Positions 14,164 through 27,526 of a stretch of DNA of 64,000 bases are shown here, one piece after another. Origin of the DNA: Phoronis australis (lineage: Eukaryota > Animalia > Phoronida); NCBI GenBank assembly GCA_002633005.1, contig NMRA01000078.1:62001-126000 (forward strand). The letters run 5' to 3'. The position numbers were made by a program, and so were the translations under genes. Numbering within the stretch: position 1 is the stretch's first letter; the number at the start of each line of letters is the position of its first letter. The notes below the pieces were generated by a model that made no database searches, had not been told where the DNA came from, and saw only the letters and a program-made list of their open reading frames with translations.

Positions 14164-14959
14164 CTAGAGTAAAATCCTAGTCTATAATTAACCGTAGAAG
14201 GCCTGTGTCTACGGTAATCAAACCTGCAACGGAGGTTGCTCGCGACCCAGCGGTGACCTTGTTGATTTAGAGGCCAGCTGGTCATACAATAACGAGTGAA
14301 ACAGATATAAATAGGTCATTCGAAAAATTTCCAGTTGCGCGTTTTGCCCACGAGTGCACATTTGTTGCACCATACAAAGGCCTTACGTACCAACTCTTGC
14401 TTACCGCTACGGTAAGTCAGTCGGCGAGGCGTTATTGTGTGTAACCAGTGGTGTCAGCTTACAAATGGCCCTTAATTTCTAATGAATCAATATAAACAAC
14501 CAATTACAAGTTCATTAGTTACAGCTACAAGCGTCCAATAGGTGGCTTCATCAGGCAGCGTAAATTCGTTTTCAGTTGTCAGTGGGGTAACTGAGTAACG
14601 GGAGAAAATCTCATGTTCTATAACACCATAGATTATGATAATATCTACCAAGACTTATCATGTATGGAGAATAATAAGTGACGTCACGTTAAATTGAAAT
14701 CATTCAATACACGTACAATAGCAACTATTAAGCATTCTGATGCACGTCAGTGGTTCTATGACTTCTGAGAATACATGTAGGTAACAGTCACAGGGGTCTC
14801 TGATTTTGAGAACGAGGTTTCTCCACTGAATATCGGGCATCAAACTAGGACATTACCGATTTTACCTCCGAAAACGCATTTTTTGGGGATTGTTGTTTGG
14901 CGGGTATTGTAGGCTTCGTGGAGTTGTGAGCTTTGACTAAAGCCATAAAATAGTACTAC

Positions 14960-15090
14960 TCTTCCATTTGTGGAGTGGGCCCGGTTTAGCTTTGCGACCG
15001 CGGGGATTGCTGGTTCGATTCTGCGCTTTGGCTGATCTCAGAATACCACTTTACTCGCCGATGTTGCCACTTTTAAATGGAAAGTAGTCA
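14960..15090 (+). repeat. tRNA-derived (SINE-like) repeat, related to 21290-21412
   Basis: GCGACCGCGGGGATTGCTGGTTCGATTCTGCGC..CTGATCTCAGA is shared with ~21327-21375; box-B-like GGTTCGA. Confidence 0.5.
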
Positions 15091-15415
15091 TATTTAATGT
15101 TTTGGTTAAATCGCTAATTTTTCGTTCTTCTGGGTAAGTTTTCAAGTTATTTAAATTTCCCTGGATTCTAATTGGTCATGCAGGCGTCACTGCAGAAGTG
15201 ACATTCGCGGCCCGAATTGTTCTTCACCAGCTTTGTGCGACGAGTCTTTGTGGGCATCTGTTGATTTTATGTCATTTTTCAAAAAAAATCCCTAATTGTT
15301 TGCCGTCGTCTAGTATTCTCGAGCAATGCTAGATTGAATTAGAACTCAGCTGAGTGGGATGTACCCATTGTTTGGGCAATTGTCGGATATTACTTGCCTG
15401 AATGTTGTGAACCAG

Positions 15416-16213
15416 GCGTGCGTTCAGTAGACGCTAGGACCTACGCTAGGACCTAGCTAGAAGCTAGTCAAAGTCACGTGTTCTCATTCGAAATACACGG
15501 CAATATCCATAGGCGGATTTAGGGGGGGGGCGGGCCCCCCCTTGGCTGCCGCAAAAAAAAACAGCAAGAGCGTAGTGAAATGTTGAGTTTATTAATTAAC
15601 CCCGGTAATTAAAATTATACGGATGAAACAACATTTAAATGTGTGCAGTTTTAGTGTTTGGGGGTAGGGGGGGGGGNTTGGTCTTTTGGGCATTTTAAAT
15701 ACAACAAATTTGTTAAGAACCGATTGCACAAAATATAAAACGTGTAATAAGCATTACAAAAACAAGTAAGTTTCGCGCGCAAACGCTGTGGACCATAAAC
15801 GAGTAGGTGTCTTAGTATCCAAGTAGAAGTTAAGGCGTGGTGGTGTAGTGGTAAAGCTTGCGCGTTCTATTCGCTAGGTTGTGGGTTCGAGTCTCTGGTA
15901 TCTTGCATTTTTCCTGTTTGCCCCTTTTCTTTTTTTGCTTTTTTTCTTGGATAATACTTCAGGAATCAAGGAAAATGCTTGATTTTAGAGGTAAAAACAG
16001 AAAAATTTCCTGAGCGGGAGGGAGGTTTGCCCCCCTCCCGACCTCCCCCCATTCGGTGCTATGCGCATCTACAGTCGTGGTTTGCGCAAATGCTTATGCC
16101 CGGACAAAATGTTGGGCCCCCCCCTTGCGATATCCTAGATCCGCCACTGATATCTCACGTAATCTCGCGAAGTCTTGCCTTTTAGCGAGGTCGTAGCGTT
16201 ACTGAACGGGAGG
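15416..16213 (-). mobile_element. Harbinger-type MITE family A, split by a family B insertion
   Basis: 15416-15507 plus 16155-16213 reconstruct a reverse-oriented family A copy; CAG on both sides. Confidence 0.85.
15508..16149 (+). mobile_element. hAT-like non-autonomous element family B (5-bp TSD), copy 1
   Basis: TIRs CATAGGCGGATTTAGG / CCTAGATCCGCCACTG; TSD ATATC; G/C-run subterminal motifs; internal N at 15677; tRNA-like boxes at ~15837-15895. Confidence 0.85.
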
Positions 16214-16694
16214 CAGTTTTCTCCTCTGAATAACGGGGATCAGTTCTTAAAACACGGGCACGTTATATCCGGCTATTGCGCATTGTTTGATATGTAGGCG
16301 ACGGGTGGTGGGTGGAGTTGCGACGACAAAAATACACGGGGTGAAGCTTGGCTGGTTGCTGCGGTGAGTGTTAGCACGCGCGGATGGCACCACGCTAAGG
16401 TGGCTGCAGCTGACGGCGCTTCGCCTTTCAAAAAAGCACTCTTAGCGGGTGGCGACGAAGTAGAGAAAGATACTGACGGCATAGCGTCCTCCTTCAGAAC
16501 CAATTACCTAGTATCCTACCTTCACGATCTCTGCGTTCGAAGTCAAACGGTAAGAAATAGTTGTCGAACGCATGATAGATATGCTATAGCCGCGGCGTGA
16601 ACGGACAGTGCTGCTGTCTAGACAGGAAACATCTCCGGCGGATGTTGTCAACTACTGGAGATCGATGACACGGAATCCCGCTCTTCTAGAGCAC

Positions 16695-17270
16695 ATATGA
16701 TGTCTCGCTGGTTCCCTCCGTTTCCTTTTAGGAGTATAGGACACGCAGGTATCATGCAGCAGCACACGTTTTATCACTGATTGATGTAACCTCGGCAGTC
16801 ATTGGTTTGCTTTACAACAAAGAAAGGTAGCAGGGGACTGTGAACGATTTTTAGCCATGTCAACTTCTTTGCGAACCAAGTTTTCTCTCTACTGCAAGTA
16901 TTTCGTTTCTGAAGTAATGTCTAATTGCCGCGTGTCCGATTTAACCGAATTGTTATTCATACTGTGAGAATACAGAGCAGCAACGTAAACTAAAGTCAGC
17001 GAGACACATATACACCAAAAAGGCTCAACCACAACTTTCTGTTTCACATTTCTTGAACATATCCCAATTAAGCACCGATTTTTTTGTAGAACATCATAAA
17101 CTATATCCATATCAGTCATGTCATTTTGTTTACGTAAAGCGTTACCTGTGGACAATTCGACCAGCCAATCAGAAACGCCGGTGTAAAAAGATTTCCTGAG
17201 GAACATTAAATGATACCTGCGGTTCGATTACCTCTTAGGAGACACGCAGGGAACCAGCAAGATATGATGT
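16695..17270. repeat. Old inverted-repeat element
   Basis: 16695-16755 is the reverse complement of ~17210-17270. 16700-16810 also matches ~51717-51815 inverted (GATGTAACCTCGGCAGTCATTGGTT). Confidence 0.55.
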
Positions 17271-20075
17271 TGGCGTTGCGGTACGCGAGAACTTCCAGGC
17301 ATACTGAATAAGACTCGGAGAAAGGTAAATAACATGCACGAAACCGTATCCGATGTCAAGCAGAGTCCGAAGAGCATGTAAACAGAGTTGTCGGGAAATG
17401 ATTAGGTCGCGAGTGTCACTTCCGGAGCCACTAGTGTAAACTTATTTAGATCCAGATGAATTTTATTAAATTGAAAATATATTTGTCAGTAACCAGAGGA
17501 TCGTATTTCAATCCAGAATGGCTCTAAAAACGGTTGTCTTCCTTTAAACCGAGCTTGCACGATTTGAATAATAAATGTAAATACTTGAAAATTCTAGAAC
17601 ATGCCTACATGTAAGAGGTTTTGTTGCAACAGCGCTTAATTATTGTCATTATGGCGCTAAGTAGAAGAAGCCGAAATTGCAAACTTCAAATAAGAATATA
17701 GCAAGTTGGCCGCGGTTGAAGTTACCCGTAAACTCCTTTCAGTGAAATGTTTTTGTCACGTGCAATTGGGAACGCGACGTGCGCGTAAGATGGCGCTGCA
17801 CGGGGCTTTAAAGTCCTTGTCTCACGCGTTGTTAACCCTTATTACATGGTTAGAAGATGTTATAAGGATCCAAGAAGTACCTATCCCATAACTAATACAC
17901 GATCCGTACTCGAAAACAGTTTAAATGAACGCGCCACTCACGATTCGCACCCGAAGAAACACCGTCATTTTGAACTTGCCGCGAACCCGGAAGTACAATT
18001 CATTCAGGAACCCAGGCCGAGAAAACGCCGTCAGTGCGACTCGAGCAGTGCCTGTACTGTTACCAGCCAGCAAACGGGGATAAAATGATCGACAGCGCGC
18101 CTTAATTTTAATAAAATCAAACTACAGACAATTTTATCGAATTTGCTGAAGAAATGTGGCGAATAAATTTTGACAGAAATTATTTTGCCAGACTCTGGAC
18201 CGCAGCCTATCGGACCCGGTGCGGATCGAGACCAGACACTGGCGAACGGTAAATGCATGCGGTTGCAAGCTGTTTTGTCGAAGTAAAATGGTCAAATGAT
18301 AAATGCTGCATATATTCAAGGGTAGTTTCAGACACTTGCATGAAATTACGGGCTGGTTAGTCCTGTGTCACACTGCCGCGGCAGACCTTAGTTAGCCTCA
18401 GTCACCAGCTACCAGTGAAGACTATAGTCAAAATACAGCTTGTTAGTAGGCCTATACAGCTTTGCGCCAAGACTACCCTTAGGCCTAACTGGTCGCTGGC
18501 CACAAACACAAAAAACACGAAAATTGAACAAAGTTTCTTTTTTGTAGCAACGTTTGTCAAAATGTATCAACGTTAAATCTTCACAAATTACAAAGTAGCC
18601 GATTGAACATGCCTTTCAGTTCAGCAAAAGTCGACATTGTAGGTGCCGCCAGAAATGAGACGAAGTCCAACGGGAATTGTGAGCACATTTATCACTTAAT
18701 GAGTAACAACTGCGAGGCTGAAATTTGGTGAACACTGCTAAATCGTGCAGAATAGTAAGTAAAGATATGTCTAACTAAATTTTACCGTAATTTGTTGGCG
18801 AAAACAATTTACACAAAGTTTTAAACTCGTAACTCATCCCGCTGTCCTCCAATATGGCCGACGCGATCCAAACAAAGTGACCCAAATTTCGCCACAAAAC
18901 TTGCAATAACTTTACAGTGCTTGCCCCGATTTTGATACTTTTTCGATTTTTACTGAGTAGAATGTACTACCTTTCCGATGATAGCAAAGTACTTTTTCAA
19001 AACGAGGAAAAAAATAAAACCGAAAAAAATTGGTTCGACCCATATTGGTTCCTAGGTTCGACCCGCCTACGTAAGGAACTAAACACCAATGCTATTTTAA
19101 CATACTAAGTACGCGTAACATTCCAAAAAAATCAACGACCACTAACTACAAACTATAAATACACTACATATGCAAACGAATCACGATATATTACTAATAA
19201 AACAAAATAATGAAGACTTTTCGAGCAAGCCATAGCACATTCAGTTACAAGGAAAAAATGGCGGCGTTCAGGACAAGTTCCTGAACTGATGAGCCGGAAA
19301 TGTGGGTACGGAAATAACCGATGACAACCGGTAATCATACGCTCAGAGAAAAGGGTCAAATACGGTTGAAAAATCGCTTTTGGCAAGAAAGGCGAAAAGA
19401 ATGTAAAGAAAGGGTGTCAAAAATAAGATTTTATGTAGTAAGTATTTTCGGATACTAGAACCACATGGGCAGTTTGCAACAAGGACTTTAAAGGAAACCC
19501 CAAAAATGAATAATTAATATGCATTTAATATAATTAAGAAACTTATTTTTATTTTAAATAACGTGCAAGATATTTCGTGATAAGATTAACGTTCGACACA
19601 AGTGCACGTAAAGCGTCGAGTGTGTAAAAACGTGGATTATTATTGACCCCTGAAGGAAGAAATGTTTTAGTTAGGCTGAGAACGAATACAAAGTAAATTC
19701 TCGCTCCTCACGTGCTCGTATTTAGACCCGTGCGCTTATATTGAAGGTACACCTATGCACATGAGCCCGTGTTTGAATCAACTGTACACATTCCAATTTC
19801 CAGACATGCTTCTATAGAGAGGATAGCTGCCTGCATCTTTTAAGTGAGCCAAGGGGCCTAGATACAAAACATTTTAAGAAGCATGTTTACAAATTGCATT
19901 ATTTTGGGGTATCAGATACGTAAGCTATACGGGCAAGAGTACTCTGCGAACGGTGAATGGAATTTTGTTTTGTTTTGTTTTGTATTTGCTAACATATCGG
20001 CATTTCGTTGCTGATTCTCACCCAGATATGACGCCTCGTTACGGGGCCACACGCTGTGTCCAATTTGAACATCTG

Positions 20076-20185
20076 GCGTGCGTTCAGTAACCTATGACCG
20101 AGGTAAAATCTAGCAACTGGTGTTATCCTTTAAAATACACGGCAATATCTCACGCAATCTCGCGATGTCTTGGTTGTTAGCCTGG
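20076..20185 (-). mobile_element. Truncated family A MITE
   Basis: CTG|GCGTGCGTTCAGTAA...AAATACACGGCAATATCTCACGCAATCTCGCGA matches family A. Confidence 0.65.
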
Positions 20186-21289
20186 TCTACTTTACTTCTC
20201 TCGTGTTTACCGATCTCAGTGTCTCTTCAATTCGCTAATCGTGGATTCGAAGGCCAAGTGAAATCAACGCTGTGTCCCATTGACAGCTACGACGTGTTGT
20301 TAACGACATTGGCTGTTTCCTGATGGGCATTTCGTCAGTAGTTGATGCCCGTTCATAATGCAAGATATTCGCTTCTAATGCATGGCGAGATCTAGAGACT
20401 TGCGTGTTCTTGTCAAACTCGCAAGAAACTACCTCGGGATTTTCTTATTGCCTGGATCGTTCCGAACACTGCCCGGCTCACCATTATTTTAACGGGATTG
20501 TGATGTAATGTTGACTGGCACGAATGTCTTAACCCACGGATGTCGTGCCATCAACGTTAACTCATGGCAGTGTGACGAAAATGTGGCAGTGTGACGTCAG
20601 CAAAGAAGTAGCACTGGAGGTGGATAGGTCCGACATGTGAGCCTAGCTATGATGATTCCAGCCTGTAAAGGTGCGGGGAAATGTAAACAGTACGATCGTG
20701 CTCTATCTTGGCCCACCATCATTATTTGCTAACCAACGCAGAATTATGGTTCTTCGTGGGGCTTGAACACTTATTGTGTAGATCAACTAATCACGAATCA
20801 CGAATGAGGAAAAGTGCTTTCAGGTTATAAAAAAGATGTGGTAGACCTCGCGGTCAGCAAAATATAGGTCAGAATAAACAACCCTAAAGTGAAATGAATC
20901 CTCCCTGACGTCTCGATTCCCCCTCTTCTATGACCTTAATTGGTTGAGAGCGTATTTTCAAAGACAAGTGGTGCGTCGTTGAGTCGGGTACAGCCTCAGC
21001 CGGGATACACATCCCGAGTATAGTTTAATAACTTCACGTAAAAATACGACGAACAATCCGTAATAATCTATGTTAAAGGCTCAGTATAGGTTTTACGACC
21101 CATTTGCGATTATTGTTGGATGGGATAGTTACTTGCTTTGACCTGAGCTATTGAAGGACAAAATTCATTGTGTTTTAATTTGTGATTTTTGTTACAAATC
21201 CCCAATGCTCGCCGTTGTCAGCCAGATATTTGCAGAAATCAAGGCCGGCAGCTTTACCAGCTTTTCATTTTAAATACTCTGCCGTCATC

Positions 21290-21412
21290 GAGTATGGTTT
21301 AACTCCTGTCAGCAGGGCGTTTTTCTGCGACTGCGGGGGTTGCTGGTTCGAATCCGCGCTAAGACTGATATCAGATAAACTCTTTTCTTGCCAATAACGT
21401 CATTTTAAATGT
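21290..21412 (+). repeat. tRNA-derived (SINE-like) repeat, related to 14960-15090
   Basis: Box B GGTTCGAATCC; downstream body shared with the 14960 copy. Confidence 0.5.
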
Positions 21413-22151
21413 CATTTACGTGTGTTTCTTGACCCCATGTCGTTTGCCTAGTTCCATTCAACGATCACAGTCAATGAGACACTCCGTTGATTCTCGCATC
21501 CGAATCCCGCGTCTGACGGCTGTCGTACTTTGTAGTGAACTCGGGAATATAAGAATGGAGCGACCAGGTCTGGACGGCTGTGGAAAATACAGAATTGTCA
21601 GTAAATATTGCTAACGGAATTCGCGGAGCGGTCCATTTCGAAATGAATACCATACGCACTTCGCGACGTTTTAATTCGCCAAATTTAGACCAAATTGTGT
21701 TTCAGTAAACACTTCCAGCGTTACACGTCCAACCATATCCGAGAAGCCGACCGCCGGCTGTTAGCGGCCAGTTTCTTGGATTTGTTCTTTAGCGTTGCAA
21801 GTTGCACCAAGTGTTTTGGCTAGTCCGGTTGTCTGATCAGTTGGGACTCGGGCGAATAAACGCCTATGTAAAGGCATATTGTGTTTAGATCATCGTACGT
21901 CTTTATCCTTCGTGCATTGCCAATGTAGTCGCGTCGCGTCTGTGTTCGTACTTTCATATTACTCTAGACTATCTATTGATAGTGCTTGTGGAGGATTGCA
22001 AAACGTCGCGTCATGAGTAGAGTTTTAATTTTATGTCAAAGCATTGATCGTGTGTCGTATTCCGCGGTCGCCCTTCTGTATGAGGAAGTGTGTTTCGTAA
22101 TTAACTGTGAGGTCAAAAACGTATAGTTGGTTCTGGTCTGTACCCGGGTAG

Positions 22152-22250
22152 AGTTCAGTAATGCTTGAACCTCGCCAGGACGTCTATAGAAAAGCAAGGC
22201 TTCGCGAGATGTTGGCGTGTACTTTCAATGAGAGCACGTGATTTGGACAA
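22152..22250 (+). mobile_element. Degenerate family A MITE
   Basis: GTTCAGTAATGCTTGAACCTCGC...AAAGCAAGGCTTCGCGAGAT...AATGAGAGCACGTG matches family A. Confidence 0.5.
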
Positions 22251-23004
22251 GACTTATGTCGCCGCGAGACAGCTGTTGAACTCATTTCCAGACTTGTGCT
22301 TACCGAGTAAAGAGACGCCTGCCCGCATCAGTTTCACTTACGGTCTTGTTCTTCTGAAAACCTGTAAGGGTAAGGCAGGTTTGAAACACATGGTTTGTGA
22401 AGCGATGTAAAAAAAAAAACAAATCCCGCATCAATTTTGCTGGTCTAAGGTGATTTTGTTTTTTGAAAAACTGAGGAATTAAAGAATACCACTCCACCAA
22501 CACAATTTTCAAAGAAGACAGAGACCAGAACCGTCTTTTTTCTTGGCTTCGTCGAATAGTGACGATGCCTTAGCTTTTGCAACACGAGGGGTTTGGCGTT
22601 ACAGTATGTGCAATGAGCTATATTCATTTTATTTATTGATTTCTGTCGTCTTATTTCAAGCTTACAAAATTTCAATATCACCAGAACGTAGAAAAATAAT
22701 GGAAAGGCTCGTTAGTATTTGTGTCGAAGAAATGTTTTGTATGCGTTTTTAGTTCTAAGCTATTGCACGACCTCGCTTAGTAATTGGTGGCCTTTGCTTA
22801 AGAGTTGTCATGTTTTTGTGTTATTATTCCAGAAATTCTGTTTTTTTTACCCAGATAACTGGGGCAACATAGATATTGGGGCCAAAGGTGTCGCTCGTTG
22901 GTTTGTTGATGTGTTGCTGTAGCTGCTAATCTAGGAGACGGAGGCTTTGCATTCAAGAAGGCATAGACGATAGATCCTTTAAACTGTACATAAATGGCAT
23001 TGCA

Positions 23005-23150
23005 ACTTACTCCCGTTTACTCCGTAGTCCCGGCGACACCGGTTTTCAGAAAACTGATATCTTTCTCTTGTTATGCACCATGCGCGTTCCTTTGTCCGAT
23101 GTCACGAGACAAACGCCTATCATCTACACCGCTACATGAATTCATTAACA
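23005..23150 (+). repeat. Dispersed repeat, second copy at ~24625-24775
   Basis: Shared ACTCCCGTTTA...CTTTGTCCGATGTCACGA..CAAACG. Confidence 0.6.
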
Positions 23151-25049
23151 GGCATCGACTCGAAACTGTTGTCAAGAACTACAAACCCATCGCAGCGTTT
23201 TAGATAATTTTTATCGTATTTCTTCCGCGAAAGAAGGTTCTATCGTAACTTTTTACGAGGACTTCAATTTCAGAAGCCAAACACGTTAAAAAATACCACT
23301 TTGTAGCCTTGACATTTCAGTTCATGTGAGCCAGTATTTTATTGCCCTGCATACATCGCTGATGCGATAATTGCTGTACGTGTACCACACAATAGGAGCT
23401 TAGCAACTTTTGAGGGCGGATGGCGACACAGTTGATGTAGAGAAAAGTTGTCTAACTACAGCAAACACTGAACGGTGGGGTTTCCTAATGAACCACATCG
23501 ATTCTGAATGTAAGCCTTCTGCTCTATCGTAACACCGATCACCAACGATGCTTCAGCTTTGCTCTTCCGTACTGGGTTGTTTCATAGGCTTAGTGTTGAC
23601 GACGAGGTGACGACTCAAGCGAAAGTTACCTCGCACCAAGAGGTGAACAGTTAAATGGTCCATCGGTTGCATTCAGCTGTGGTCTTTTCACGTCTTGTGG
23701 AAAAACTTTCACTTCAGGTAGCCAACTGAGCTAGTATCGCTACGTCAGCGCTGGTCTTAGGTTTTATATTTATCAAGTAATCTGTCGTCGACGATCTGAG
23801 CATTACAAGTCTGAACTTTATTAACAAAAATCGGATATTTTTTCCAGAATGGCCAATTTAATGTTATTTATTTTTACCATTTCGTGGGCGAGTTAGTTTG
23901 AAAAGAGCATGTTGTTTTGTCTTCTCATTCGGGGGCTTACGTGCACTATGAAAAATCGAATACTGTCTGTACTTTTTTGGGGTTACTCATCCATTTTGTT
24001 CGGAAACTGCGATTAGTTCTTGCGATATCCCGGTTCCCCCGTTGCTTCTTACTTGCTGTGTGCCTTCCCGTTCATGGCTCTTTAGAGTGACATAAAATGT
24101 AACTCAAAGTGGGGTTTCTCCTCTTCTTATTTGACACGGCAAGACTTAGACGTAGCGCATTTCCCTTATTTGGAACATGTGACCTTTGATGTAAACAAAA
24201 CAATGGTGATTTCAACCACGCGAAGTTCGTCCATTTCCGTGTGACGTTATCATGTGCATTACTACCTATAGTAATAATATATACATTATAACGCCGTAGG
24301 CCTACTCATAGAAATCGTGTATCATGATGTCTGTAGTCGTACTGTTGCATGGAATGAGCGGAATTTCGTACCATAGCCAGTCAGACGTCTTTGAACGCAC
24401 TCGCACATATTTTTTTATTTTGGGCGGAGAATTTGAGAACTGCATTGGGGTGAAAGAGCTTTTATTTTTTCTTTGTTTCAAAAGTAGTTAAACTAAAAAT
24501 TCTTCCAATATTCACAGCGCATAACTCTCATGTTAGCATCCCCAACTTGAACCCAAGAAGTAAAATTCGCCTCGAACTGTTTATTTTTACGAGTTTTCGC
24601 GTTCCGCGCCTCTTTAAAACATTACAACTAACTCCCGTTTAGTCTCTGTTGCTGAGGATACCGGCTACTAGAGGCCTTAGTGATACCAATCTTTCTTTTG
24701 TTAACCGCCAGGCTCAGTCTTTGTCCGATGTCACGACGCAAACGTGATTTATCTAACACGCTAAATGGATACAAAAATATAAACGATGTATCAATTTTCG
24801 TGGAATCGAGGGCCGGCGGCTACACCGGTTTCCCCCCCGTTGATGTAAAGAAGAATTGTCCAACTTCAAGGTACCGCTGGTGGTGTTTTTCGGTCATGAG
24901 ACCCTGACCTTTGAAGTTACTTATGCCTGCTTAAGATCTGACTATTTTTACTAGGCAAGTGGCTTTCTCTTATGCACGTGGGTATTATTTTGAAGCGACT
25001 GACGTGTGTACTGTCGATCGTGAGTATAATTGGTAACTTCTGATTCCAG

Positions 25050-27526
25050 TGATCTTGAAGGATGTCGACGACAGCAGCTACGGATTCGTGGAGATGTATT
25101 TGTGCTCATTTTGCGAGACGGAGTTTGATGACGTCGACGAGTTGAGAGAGCATCAAGAAAACTGCTTCTTCTTACCGTCGTCCTTGGCTTGCGTCCTATC
25201 GCGCACTTCCACCCCTTTGTCTCCGCCAGCCATGAGACCCGTAACGCGCTCCCACAGTCATGAGGCGCCTTACCCCAAGCACTCTGTTTCTCAAGCGCGC
25301 TACATGACGCAGCTGAACTTAGTGTCTACAGCTACGACGAAGCAAATGAGGAGGCCTGTGAGAGTGAGCTGTGACGTCATAGACGTTGCGCCCTTGCCTA
25401 GGACGCCAGTGACGCCAAAAAGCCCGAAGGCTCTCATGTCCCAAATGAGCTGCGAGAACGAGCCTCTGAGTCCGCGGTTTACACGTGGTTCGCAAATCCC
25501 CCTCAGCCCCTGTCCCAACCCGAGGCGGTTCAGCTTTCTTCAGAATCGCAGTGACGAGGACGTCATCGAAATATCGTCGGATGACGAGAGCAGTGACGAT
25601 TTTGATGATGTAGAAAGCACAGGCACGCAGGAGGATTCGTCGAGAAAACGTGCCTATTTACTTAACATTGACATCAGCTCCCCCTTGGGTGTCCGTGTGA
25701 GAGAACATATTGATAGTGATCACTCGGAGAATGCGAGCATCAATGGCAATGCGTACGAGTCGTATTGTAGGACGCCAATTAAGAATAGCTTCTTGCAGAA
25801 ACTCCGGGACAGGGGCAGCGAGTACCCAGTCACATTTCGCCACCGGCGGCGCTATAAGCACTGCCATGCTTACAAATTTACATCCTCACAAAGGCGCGAG
25901 TTTAGTCGTGTATTCGATACTGGTCTTGACAAGCACAGTCGTCGGTTGAAGCGTCTAATGCGCCCATGCAGCGTTTGTTTGCGACGTCTTTCTAAGGAGG
26001 AATTGAAGAAATGGATAAGGCCCGAGAAAGTGGCCGTATGTTCGGTCGAAATGTTGCGCCAGTCGGACCTAGCCAAATGGCTTCATCCGCCCCCAACAAG
26101 TTCAAAGTACACTTCTGAACTGTCTCTCAAACTACCTCAGCTGAGTAGTATCCTTGGTTTCAAGACAACTAATGCTCCTCACCCAATCACCTTGAAACCT
26201 GGTCAAACCGTTTCGGAAGGGCAACAATCTGTTCTGAAACCACAAAAACCTGTGTTGTGTGGCTCGTTAAATCAGAGCGCCTCAAGAATGCTTATACCCT
26301 ATGGAAATAACACTAATCATGCGGTCATGAATACTACAAGAGACGTATCACAGTCGCAGCTCAATGCAATGACATTTGTAAAAGATGGTGTGAGGACTTC
26401 GGGTAACATTTTGCAGGACAGACTTTATAGTAGCGTAAATCAGTCGTTGACCGTCGATGTTGGCGGCGATACGCTCAATACGGTGCGCCGACGACTGCGC
26501 TGGAGGCGCAGTAACGCAGATAGCCCCTCCAGCACCAGCTCTTCTTGGAGTCTCGATGGCCGATGGAACGGCATGAATTCTGAGCCACATTCGGCCGATG
26601 ACTCCGAAAGCCGATGTTCGAGTGAAACGTCGGAAGCACAGATGCCGCCGGTAATGCGCTTGCGCAAGTTCAGTTCGATGAAGTTGAAACAGGTCGACAA
26701 CAATGACTCTGATCTGTCGTTATACACGAATAACAATGGCGACAACAAAAGAACAGTGACGAAGCCAGGTTCAATGGTACAACCAAATTTGTCGCGAAAC
26801 CCCANCTTTGGAAATAACACTAATCATGCGGTCATGAATACTACAAGAGACGTATCACAGTCGCAGCTCAATGCAATGACATTTGTAAAAGGTGGTGTGA
26901 GGACTTCGGGTAACATTTTGCAGGACAGACTTTATAGTAGCGTAAATCAGTCGTTGACCGTCGATGTTGGCGGCGATACGCTCAATACGGTGCGCCGACG
27001 ACTGCGCTGCAGGCGCAGTAACGCAGATAGCCCCTCCAGCACCAGCTCTTCTTGGAGTCTCGATGGCCGATGGAACGGCATGAATTCTGAGCCACATTCG
27101 GCCGATGACTCCGAAAGCCGATGTTCGAGTGAAACGTCGGAAGCACAGATGCCGCCGGTAATGCGCTTGCGCAAGTTCAGTTCGATGAAGTTGAAACAGG
27201 TCGACAACAATGACTCTGATCTGTCGTTATACACGAATAACAATGGCGACAACAAAAGAACAGTGACGAAGCCAGGTTCAATGGTACAACCAAATTTGTC
27301 GCGAAACCCCATCGGTGCCGCGAAAGCTGTATTGGATAGGTCAGACAATCGTCTGTGTAATGGCAAGACCGCGTCGGTTCCGCGCACCAGATCGCTTTGT
27401 TCGACTGTCTTGCGGTCAGGAAGGAAGATCTCGTCGCCTGTCAAAGGCGGTGTTCGCTCATGGATTAGCAACAACGAGGACGAGGACGTGATATTCGTGG
27501 GCGAGCTGGTGTGCATCGATGACTGA
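25050..27526 (+). CDS. Large terminal exon of an uncharacterised nuclear protein: N-terminal CxxC-x12-H-x3-C zinc finger, SIM-like motifs, basic central block, Ser/Pro-rich disorder
   Basis: 825-codon open frame; acceptor ttctgattccag| before 25050; YLCSFCETEFDDVDELREHQENC; DVIEISSDDESSDD and C-terminal EDVIFVGELVCIDD. Includes a 507-bp in-frame duplication at N26805 (likely artefact). Confidence 0.85.
26302..27311. other. 507-bp tandem duplication inside the CDS, joined at N26805; probable assembly artefact
   Basis: 26302-26804 and 26809-27311 differ only by the D/G and W/C codon changes that I could see. Confidence 0.85.

Noticed and set aside
15837-15895. Candidate tRNA genes here and at 36455, 43632, 54392
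   Set aside because: Only box A and box B are present; acceptor and anticodon stems do not pair, and most lie inside transposons.
26302-27311. Genuine internal protein repeat
   Set aside because: The junction sits on an N and the copies are almost identical, as with the three other N-joined duplications.
26440-27516. Long minus-strand ORFs (126 and 189 aa)
   Set aside because: Antisense shadows of the + strand exon.
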